Below are positions 17,555-26,337 of a DNA stretch of 64,000 nt, piece by piece. Source of the stretch: Pseudomonadota bacterium. Its GTDB lineage: Bacteria; Pseudomonadota; Gammaproteobacteria; Burkholderiales; Thiobacillaceae. Both the position numbers and the translations under genes were made by a program. The stretch's first letter is position 1, and the number at the start of each line of letters is the position of its first letter. The stretch is taken from NCBI GenBank assembly GCA_021826065.1, contig JAKADY010000011.1, positions 7-64,006 of the forward strand. The letters run 5' to 3'. The notes under the pieces are model-generated. The model had not been told where the DNA came from, made no database searches, and saw nothing but the letters and a program-made list of their open reading frames with translations.

Positions 17555-18573
17555 GCCGACCGCTCAGGGCCGGTCCCAGCCGGCCCTGTCGAAGGCCGCC
17601 GCCGCCCGCCTCAGGCGGTCCTGTATCACCAGCCATTCGGCCGTCGCGGGCGGCGCCTCCACCAAGATGACGTCGCAGCCGGCGGCGTCGAGCTCACGCA
17701 AGGCGGCATAGAGCTGCCGGGCGAAGTCCTGGACCTGATCCGGCATTACCCAGCGTTGTACACCGGCGGGCAAGCGCCGGGTCGTCTCGGCAAACCCCAT
17801 TACCGCCACGCGCAGGCCCTGTTCGAGCAGGGCCGTGGCGCGTGCCGGCACGGCCGAGGGCGGCAGTAGCTCGAGCGGTGTGGTGGGCGCGTAGTGCGCC
17901 GCCAGTGTGCCCGGCGCGCGCACGCCACCGCCACGCAGGTCCACGGGCCGGCCGAGGATGGCGGCGATCTGCGCCGGGGTGACGGCGCCGGGCCTGAGCA
18001 GGGTGGGTGTGTCGCTGATGAGGCTGAGGACCGTGGACTCCACCCCCACCGGGCAGGGCCCTCCGTCGAGGATCAAGTCCACGGCATCGCCCAGCTCGGC
18101 GCGCACGTGCTCGGCGGTGGTGGGCGAGACGCGCCCAAAGCGATTGGCCGAGGGGGCGACCAGGGGGCCGGCGGCACGGATCAGGGCCAGCGCGAGCGGA
18201 TGGTCGGGCACGCGTAGGGCCACGCTGTCCTGCCCCCCGGTCACCGCATCGAGCACGTGGGCCGCGCGCTCTAGCACAAGGGTGAGCGGCCCCGGCCAGA
18301 AGGCGCGGGCGAGCCGCCGGGCCGCATCGGGAGCGGCGCGGGCCCAGTCGTCCAGCCATTCGGCCGCGGCCAGGTGCACGATCAGCGGGTGGTCGGCCGG
18401 CCGTCCCTTGATGGCGAAGACGCGGCGCACCGCCGCCTCGTTGCGCGCGTCTGCACCCAGCCCGTACACGGTCTCGGTGGGAAAGGCCACCACGCCGCCG
18501 GAGCGCAGGATCGCGGCAGCCTGTTCGATCTGGCGTGCATCGACGCCGGGCGCGGCGGCGGTGGTCTGCGCGT

Positions 18574-19931
<1,358 letters not shown>

Positions 19932-19935
<4 letters not shown>

Positions 19936-21392
19936 GCGGCCGTGTCCTCCTGACGGGGCAACCAGACGGAAAAGCGGGTGCCGCCCGAGGGCGGGCAGTC
20001 GACCAGGATGCAGCCCTGGTGCTCCGCCACGATCTCCTCGACCAGGTAGAGGCCCAGGCCCGTCCCCTCGCCGGCGGTGCGGGTGGTGAAGAAGGGGTCG
20101 AAGATGTGTGGCAGTATCTCGGGCGGGATGCCCGGGCCGTCGTCCTCGACGGCGATGCGCACGGCGCCGCTGCTTTGCCGCAACACCACCGGATCGCCGG
20201 CCAGGTGCCCGGCCTCGGCCAGGTCGTCGTGCCAGGTGGCCGGCTGCGCGCTCACCGTGATGTGGCGGGCGCCGGCATCGGCGGCGTTCTTGATGAGGTT
20301 GATGAAGACCTGTTGCAGCCGCTCGCGATCCACCCGGACCTCGATGTCGGCGCTACTCCCCACGCAGACCTGCACACCGGCGGGCATTTGCCCGTGCACC
20401 AGGGCGAGCGCCGACTGGACCAGGGCGTCCAGGGGCACGACCTGCAGTTGCAGCTTGGGCTGCCGCACGCTGTCGAGCAGTCGCCGCACGATGCGCCGCG
20501 CCCGTTCGGTCTCGCTGTCGATCTGGGTCAGCCAAAGCCGGCGCAGCTCGACATCCGCCGCATCACCCTCCTCGATCAAAAGCTGCACCGAGGTGGAGAT
20601 GTTCGCCAGTGGGTTGTTGAGCTCGTGCGCCACCCCGGAGACCAACACCCCCAGCGCGGCGGCCTTCTCGTTGCGCTTGACCTGGTCCTGCTGCTGACGC
20701 ATGCGCTTCAACATCGCGTTGAAGGCCTCGACGAAGGCCTGGATCTCCTGGTCCTCAGAGGGCAGGGTGAGGGCGCGCGCGCGGCCCTCGTCGATCGCCA
20801 CCAGCCCACTCTGCAGCGCCTGCAGCGGGCGCACGACGCGGCGCACCAGGAACAGTCCACCCGCCACCCCCAGGGCCACCACGCCGATAAAGGTGAGCAG
20901 CAGGGTCAGGCCCGCGCGGCGGGTGGCCTCAGTGAGCCGCGCACGCTCCCGCCGGGAGAGCGTCTGCGACAGTTCGCTCAACTCGTGCCCCTGGGCGCGC
21001 AGTCCCGGCTGCGCCGCCATCTGGGCCGCAGGGTCGAGCCGGTCATAGCGCTCCAGCGCCTGGCCATAGTCGTCGAGGAGACGCAGCATGCGCTGATAGA
21101 CCGCCGCCCCGCTGACCTCGACCACCACCTCGCGCCCGGCGGCAAGCGCCGCGCGCGCCAGGGCCACCTGCTGCAGCAACTGATCGAGGCTCGTCCGGTC
21201 GCGGTAGAGAAACAGGTTCTTCTCGTCGCGCCGCATCTCCAGGATGGCCTCGCGCACGTCGGTCACGGAGCGGCCGGCCTCGATCTGCCGATCCAGTAGG
21301 TAGAGATCGGCGAACACCACGGCGGCGAAGAACAGCATGACCAGCTTCGAAAAGCCGTAGGCCTTGAGGATCTTGTTGCGCAGACTGGGCAT
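19932..21392 (-). CDS. sensor histidine kinase (two TM segments, HAMP, HisKA, HATPase)
   Basis: ATG at 21392 (MPSLRNKILK; the track ORF extends to 21551 into the AT-rich intergenic region). H-box SGVAHELNNPL, N/G boxes NLIKNAADA and DDGPGI...GTGLGL. The stop overlaps the regulator ATG. Confidence 0.8.
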
Positions 21393-21412
21393 GGCTCGGG
21401 TGGGGCGTGGGT

Positions 21413-21472
21413 TGTTGCATGTTACACCAACTGCAACATGGGGTGTAACGCTTTGCAACAGCGACTGTTGCA
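21413..21472. promoter_or_regulatory. nested palindromes, candidate enhancer (UAS) for the NtrC-type regulator
   Basis: TGTTGCA(21413-19)...TGCAACA(21432-38); GTTACACC(21421-28)...GGTGTAAC(21442-49); perfect TGCAACA-GCGAC-TGTTGCA (21454-72). Located 50-110 bp upstream of the -24/-12 promoter and followed by an AT-rich tract (21482-21522) that could bend DNA. Confidence 0.5.
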
Positions 21473-21522
21473 GATCGCCATCCAATTGTTCTATATATAT
21501 GTTTTTTATGTATTTTATAAGT

Positions 21523-21537
21523 TGGCACACGCATTGC
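21523..21537 (+). promoter_or_regulatory. sigma-54 (-24/-12) promoter
   Basis: TGGCAC-ACGCA-TTGCT matches the TGGCAC-N5-TTGCW consensus with correct GG-N10-GC spacing. Sits 44 bp upstream of ATG 21581 and divergent from the sigma-54 activator operon. Confidence 0.7.
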
Positions 21538-21550
21538 TTGATTGATGACA

Positions 21551-21570
21551 CCTGAACCTGGAACCTGAAA
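21551..21570 (+). repeat. CCTGAAN heptad-like repeats in 5' leader
   Basis: CCTGAA-CCTGGAA-CCTGAAA immediately upstream of AGGA and ATG 21581. Same motif class as 28693-28723 (minus) and 44844-44870. Confidence 0.5.
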
Positions 21571-21580
21571 GGACCTCGCC

Positions 21581-22141
21581 ATGAAACTCACCCAAGACAT
21601 CAAGCGCATGCTCAACGCCCTGGCCTATGCCAACGCCGGCGACTACCTGACGCCCAGTCAGAAATCGCGTGCCCTCTCGGGCACCCGGCCGGCAAAACCC
21701 GCCCCGACCGTCCAAACCAACACCGGGGCGCGTCCCCAGGTCGGGCTCTACCTGGGCAGCGAGCTCACGGCCGAGGCCATGCAGTACGTCGTGCAGACCT
21801 GCGCCCGGCTGCGCTATGGGCTCACCGTCCTGACCTTCCTGAGCGAGACCGAGGCCCAGGCCCTGCTCATGCCGCTCAGGCCCCTGCTCGACGCCGCGGG
21901 GATCGAGCTGCGTCTGGCCGTGCTCTCGGGCGAGCCGCCCACCGCCCTGGCCAGCGCCCTGCGCCGCCGCCCGGAGGTGGCCTTCCTGGTCTGCAACGAG
22001 GCGGGCTATCTCGGGCACGGCCTGATCAGCGGCAATCAGCGGCAGGTGGGCCTGCCAGTGCCGGTGGTCCTCATCGCCGCCCAGGCGTCCGTCGCCGAGG
22101 CCACGCCGACACAACAGGCCGCCCAGGTCCGCGCTGCCTGA
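21581..22141 (+). CDS. hypothetical protein (possible USP-like alpha/beta C-terminal domain), first gene of the sigma-54-driven SulP operon
   Basis: 186-aa ORF with protein-like composition. Conserved-looking N-terminal peptide MLNALAYANAGDYLTPSQK, a Pro/Thr linker, then alternating beta/alpha pattern (VGLYLGSE...LTVLTFLSE...VAFLVCNEAG...PVPVVLI). Family not recognised. Confidence 0.5.
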   Translation: MKLTQDIKRMLNALAYANAGDYLTPSQKSRALSGTRPAKPAPTVQTNTGARPQVGLYLGSELTAEAMQYVVQTCARLRYGLTVLTFLSETEAQALLMPLRPLLDAAGIELRLAVLSGEPPTALASALRRRPEVAFLVCNEAGYLGHGLISGNQRQVGLPVPVVLIAAQASVAEATPTQQAAQVRAA

Positions 22142-22209
22142 GCAAAAGGCCGCGGACGCCCTGGAATAAGATCGTCTGGACAACGCCCCGTGTGCCCGGC
22201 ACGGGGTCC

Positions 22210-24300
22210 ATGCCCATGCTGACCCGCTTTTTTCCCTTCCTGCGTTGGTTTCCCCTGACCCCGGCCAACCTGCGCGGCGACCTGATCGCCGGCATCACCG
22301 TCGCCCTGATCCTGATCCCCCAGTCCATGGCCTACGCCACCCTGGCGGGTCTGCCCGTGGTCTATGGGCTCTATGCCGCATTTCTGCCCGTGATGGTGGC
22401 CTCGATGTGGGGCTCCTCGCGCTTCCTGCATACCGGCCCGGTCGCCCTGCTGTCGCTGATGTCCGCCGCCGCGATCGAACCGCTCGCGAGCCGCGGCAGC
22501 GAGGAATTCATCCAGTTCTCCATGACCCTGGCCCTGCTGGTCGGCATCATGCGGCTGGCCCTGGGGCTCTTTCGCATGGGGGTGCTGATCAACCTGGCCT
22601 CGCACCCGGTGATCAACGGTTTCACCAACGCCGCCGCCCTGATCATCGGCCTGTCGCTCCTCAACACCTTCGTCAACGTGCCCATGCCGCGTTCGGACAT
22701 GTTCCTGCGCGACCTCTGGCACGTCATCGTGCAGCTGCCGCTCGCGCACTGGCCCACGCTCGCCTTCGGCATCGGCACCCTGCTCGTGTTGTGGCTGCTC
22801 AAAAAGCTCTCGCCCAAGCTGCCGGGCGTGCTGATCGTCGTCATCCTCGGCACTGTGGTGAGCGCCGCCATCGGCTTCGAGCGCACCGACCTCGTGCCTC
22901 TGGAACGCATCACCGATGTCCAGGCCCGCGCCGACTATGAGACCTATGCCCGGCTGGACGCCGCCCTGGCGGCGAACAAGAAGGCCCAGGGCGAGGTGCG
23001 CCACCGCATCGCCACCCTGGCCAAGAGTGCGGTGCACGACTACAGCCTCGAGGCCGAGCTGCTGCGTCTGAGCGGCGAGGAGGAGAGCCTCAAGAAACAG
23101 CTCTACGGCCAGCGGGTGGCCGTGCACCGGCATGCCCTGGTGCCCGTCACCGCAGCAGATGGGCAGCCGGTCTACCAGGCCGCCACAGAGGCCGGATTCT
23201 TCGATCCGGTGTGGCGCTTCGCCGGGGTCAAGGACGGCCAGATCCGGCTCTCGGGCGGCGGCCAGGTGGTCGGCCACATCCCGGCCGGCCTGCCCGGCTT
23301 CGCCATCCCCCCGCTCGACCTCGGCCTTATCAGCGGTCTGCTCGGCACCGCCTTCATCATGGCGCTGATCGGCTTCATGGAGGCCACCTCGATCTCGCGG
23401 GCGCTCGCCGCCCAGAGTCGCGAAAAGCTCGACCCCAACCAGGAGCTGATCGGCCAGGGCCTGGCCAACATCGTCGGCGCCTTCTTCCAGTCCTACACCG
23501 TGTCGGGCTCCTTCTCCCGTTCGGCCGTGGCGGCCAAGGCGGGCGCCCGCACCGGCTTCTACGCCATCGTCAGCGCCCTGGGGGTGGTCGCGGTCATGCT
23601 GTTCATGACCGAGTACTTCTACCACCTGCCGCAGCCAGTGCTGGCCGCCATCGTCATGAGCGCGGTGTTCGGCCTGATCGACTTCCGCACCCTGCGCCAC
23701 GCCTGGAATGTGCGCCGGGGCGACGGTGTGGTGGGTCTCATCACCTTCCTCGCCACCCTGTACATGGCGCCCCAGCTCGCCAATGGGGTCCTCGTCGGGG
23801 TGGTGCTCACCATCCTGCTCTTCCTGCATGGGGTGATGCAACCGCGCAGCGAGGTGCTCGGCCGCACCCGCGACGGCACCCTGGCCGGGGCGGCCAGCCA
23901 CGACCTGCCGCCCATCAGCGACAACTACGTGGTCCTGCGCTTCGACGCCTCGCTGGTGTTCATCAACGCCGCCTTCTTCGAGCAGGCGGTGATGCGCGCG
24001 CTCGCCCAATTCCCCAGGGCGCGCGCGGTGCTGGTGATCGGCAACGGCATCAACCAGATCGACGCCTCGGGCGAGGAGAAGCTGCGCACCCTGGTGGCCG
24101 ACCTCAAGGCCGCCGGCGTCACCCTGATGTTCTCGGGCCTCAAGAAGCAGGTGCGCGAGGCCCTGGCGCGGGCCGCCCTGGACGAGGTCATCGGTCGCGA
24201 AAACCTCTTCCCCAACAAGGACCTGGCGCTCAAGACCCTGGCCGAGCGTTACGACCAGGCCGCACCCCCCGCGGCACCGCCGGGCTTGGCGCCGGCATGA
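22210..24300 (+). CDS. SulP-family anion transporter with STAS domain (second paralog, candidate DIC transporter), with ~130-aa insertion
   Basis: Track ORF starts at GTG 22192. ATG 22210 (MPMLTRFFPFLRWFP) aligns with the paralog N-terminus. Same SulP hallmarks (DLIAGITVALILIPQSMAYATLAGLP, GHIPAGLPGF, NQELIGQGLANIVGAFFQSYTVSGSFSRSAV) and the same inserted segment position. Confidence 0.85.
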   Translation: MPMLTRFFPFLRWFPLTPANLRGDLIAGITVALILIPQSMAYATLAGLPVVYGLYAAFLPVMVASMWGSSRFLHTGPVALLSLMSAAAIEPLASRGSEEFIQFSMTLALLVGIMRLALGLFRMGVLINLASHPVINGFTNAAALIIGLSLLNTFVNVPMPRSDMFLRDLWHVIVQLPLAHWPTLAFGIGTLLVLWLLKKLSPKLPGVLIVVILGTVVSAAIGFERTDLVPLERITDVQARADYETYARLDAALAANKKAQGEVRHRIATLAKSAVHDYSLEAELLRLSGEEESLKKQLYGQRVAVHRHALVPVTAADGQPVYQAATEAGFFDPVWRFAGVKDGQIRLSGGGQVVGHIPAGLPGFAIPPLDLGLISGLLGTAFIMALIGFMEATSISRALAAQSREKLDPNQELIGQGLANIVGAFFQSYTVSGSFSRSAVAAKAGARTGFYAIVSALGVVAVMLFMTEYFYHLPQPVLAAIVMSAVFGLIDFRTLRHAWNVRRGDGVVGLITFLATLYMAPQLANGVLVGVVLTILLFLHGVMQPRSEVLGRTRDGTLAGAASHDLPPISDNYVVLRFDASLVFINAAFFEQAVMRALAQFPRARAVLVIGNGINQIDASGEEKLRTLVADLKAAGVTLMFSGLKKQVREALARAALDEVIGRENLFPNKDLALKTLAERYDQAAPPAAPPGLAPA

Positions 24301-24351
24301 GGCCGGCCGTGCCGCGGGTTCGCGCTGGCCCAGCGCCAGGGCTGGGACGCC

Positions 24352-25422
24352 TCAGGGCTGCGCTGCCGACGGGGCCGGGGCCCTGGCCTGCACCTCGGCC
24401 AGCGCCCGTTCGAGCGTCTCCAGACGGCGCTGGAGCGCCGTCATGCGCGCCTGCATGGCACCGACGTTGAAAAAGCTCAAGTTCTCCGCCGGGGCGTCCA
24501 GGGTGTTGCCGTAGGCCAGCCACGAGCCGTCGTAGACCTTGACGTTGGTGAATCCCAGCTCCTTGAGCACCCCGGCGGTCTGCGCGGCGCGCACGCCGCT
24601 CTGGCAATAGACGATCGTCTCCTTGTTGGGGTCGAGCCGCGCGTAGAGCTCACGCAGCTTGCCCGCCGGTTTCAGCGCCATGCCATCCTTGCTGTTGACC
24701 TGCCGGCGGGTGAGCTTGGACGGCGTGTCGGGATCGACCCAGTTCTGCTCATAAGGGATGTTGAGGGCCCCAGGGATGTGGCCGCCGCGTAACGCCCGCA
24801 CGTCCTCTCCCTTGAATTCGGGCAGGGTGCGCACGTCGACGATCTGCACGTCCGGCCGCTTGAGGGCTGCCAGGACGTAATCCGTGCTGACGGCGACCTG
24901 CGGATTGACCGATAGATTGAGGTTCACGGGCGTCGGCTGCGGCGGCTGTGTGGACAGCGCCAGCCCGGCCGCCTTCCAGTCGTCGATGCCGCCGTGATAG
25001 ACGCTCGCCCGCCGGCCGTTGAGATATTCGATGGTGTACAGACCGAAATATGGTACCGCGCTCCCCTTGTCGCCATAGATGACGATCTCACGCGCCGGGT
25101 CCAGGCCGACCGAGCCGAGCAAACGCGCCATCTGCTCGAGCGGGATGAAGTCCTCGTCCACCTCGCGGCGCAGGGTGCGGCTGATGTCGCCAATGTTGAC
25201 CGCGCCGGGGATGTGCCCCTTGCGATAGTCCTCGGCGCTGCGCACGTCCCACAGAAGGGCGCCGCGGGCGATGGCCGCCTGCACGGCGGCGGTGTCGATG
25301 ATGCGGACGCTCGCTGTGGCTTGCGCCGCTGGCCGGGCCTCGGCCAGCCCCGTCAACGGCAGGGCGCCTGCGCTCAGGCCCAGCATCATCACCAACAGGG
25401 TCCTTCTGACGGTATGTCTCAT
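24352..25422 (-). CDS. secreted tandem-rhodanese sulfurtransferase with C-terminal coiled-coil tail
   Basis: AAGGAGG SD then ATG-GAG-ATG; the second ATG (25422) is preferred. Signal-peptide-like MRHTVRRTLLVMMLGLSAGALPLTGLAEA. Two rhodanese modules, active-site loop CQSGVRAAQ in the second. Tail MQARMTALQRRLETLERALAEVQ. Confidence 0.75.
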   Translation of the reverse strand: MRHTVRRTLLVMMLGLSAGALPLTGLAEARPAAQATASVRIIDTAAVQAAIARGALLWDVRSAEDYRKGHIPGAVNIGDISRTLRREVDEDFIPLEQMARLLGSVGLDPAREIVIYGDKGSAVPYFGLYTIEYLNGRRASVYHGGIDDWKAAGLALSTQPPQPTPVNLNLSVNPQVAVSTDYVLAALKRPDVQIVDVRTLPEFKGEDVRALRGGHIPGALNIPYEQNWVDPDTPSKLTRRQVNSKDGMALKPAGKLRELYARLDPNKETIVYCQSGVRAAQTAGVLKELGFTNVKVYDGSWLAYGNTLDAPAENLSFFNVGAMQARMTALQRRLETLERALAEVQARAPAPSAAQP

Positions 25423-25575
25423 CTCCATCCTCCTTGCTCCAGACACAGGGACATCGCCACCACGCGGCCGGCCTGGGTGCCGGCGCGTGGGGCGGGCTCT
25501 AAGACTGCGCTGAACAGCTTTGTTGGGTGAATGATAGACGCCCATGCCGTCGCCTGCACGCAGCAGGACGATAGG

Positions 25576-26205
25576 TCAGGTGGCGCGGGCGCAGCGGTTG
25601 AGCAGGTTGATGGCGCGCACGGCGGCGCGCTGCGCCTCTTCAGCCTCGGCCTCGTTGCCCATCATGGTGAGCCGCCCGAAGTTGCCGAAGGGGCGCACGT
25701 CCACCAGGGTGATGTGGGCGGCCTTCTCCGCCTCGTTGGCGGCATAGACGGCATAGCCCGCCGGCTCGACCTCGAGGATGAACATGCTCTTGCCGGGCAG
25801 GATCATCGAGCCCTTCCGGAGCTGGCGGTTGATGAGCGTGGTGTGGTCGGGCGTCATGCCGCGGATGATCTCGTTCCAGGCGATGCGGCAGGCCATGCGG
25901 TCAGCCTCCTGGGCGCCGATCTGCTTGAGGATGATCTCGCCGGCGGAGAGCACCTCGCTCTGGTTGCGGTAGTGGATCTCCATCGAGCCGAAGGAGCGTT
26001 CCACCACCTGCTCGCCGAGGTGGACGTTGGTCTCTTTGAGCGCGATGTCGGTGAGCCGGTGCACCGCCATGCCGGGGGCCACCTCGATCCACAGACAGGC
26101 ATCGCCCGGCACTGGCAGGAAGCCCTGCGAGGAGGTGCCGAGATAGGAGGCGAGCTGCGGTTGCAGCGCGTCCATGAAGACGAAGGTGCGCAGACTGATG
26201 TGCAT
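25576..26205 (-). CDS. CsoS1D-like tandem (permuted) BMC shell protein
   Basis: ATG at 26205 ([10 protein letters not shown]). [14 protein letters not shown]...[30 protein letters not shown] and [29 protein letters not shown] form two BMC-like halves, as I recall for CsoS1D. Lies at the distal end of the carboxysome locus. Confidence 0.7.
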   Translation of the reverse strand: MHISLRTFVFMDALQPQLASYLGTSSQGFLPVPGDACLWIEVAPGMAVHRLTDIALKETNVHLGEQVVERSFGSMEIHYRNQSEVLSAGEIILKQIGAQEADRMACRIAWNEIIRGMTPDHTTLINRQLRKGSMILPGKSMFILEVEPAGYAVYAANEAEKAAHITLVDVRPFGNFGRLTMMGNEAEAEEAQRAAVRAINLLNRCARAT

Positions 26206-26243
26206 GGTTGTTGCATCACCGCGCGGGGGCGGACGTCGGACCG

Positions 26244-26313
26244 GTAGGAGCGGCGAGAGCCGCGACCTGCGCACGATCGCTCAGGAGGGGGTCGCGGCTT
26301 TCGCCGATCCTAC
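26244..26313. repeat. REP-type long hairpin (GTAGGAGCG family)
   Basis: GTAGGAGCGGCGAGAGCCGCGACC ... GGTCGCGGCTTTCGCCGATCCTAC, 24-nt arms with 21 complementary positions, in the cbbO-CsoS1D intercistronic gap. Confidence 0.7.
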
Positions 26314-26337
26314 AGGACCGGCTGCGCATCGTGACCC

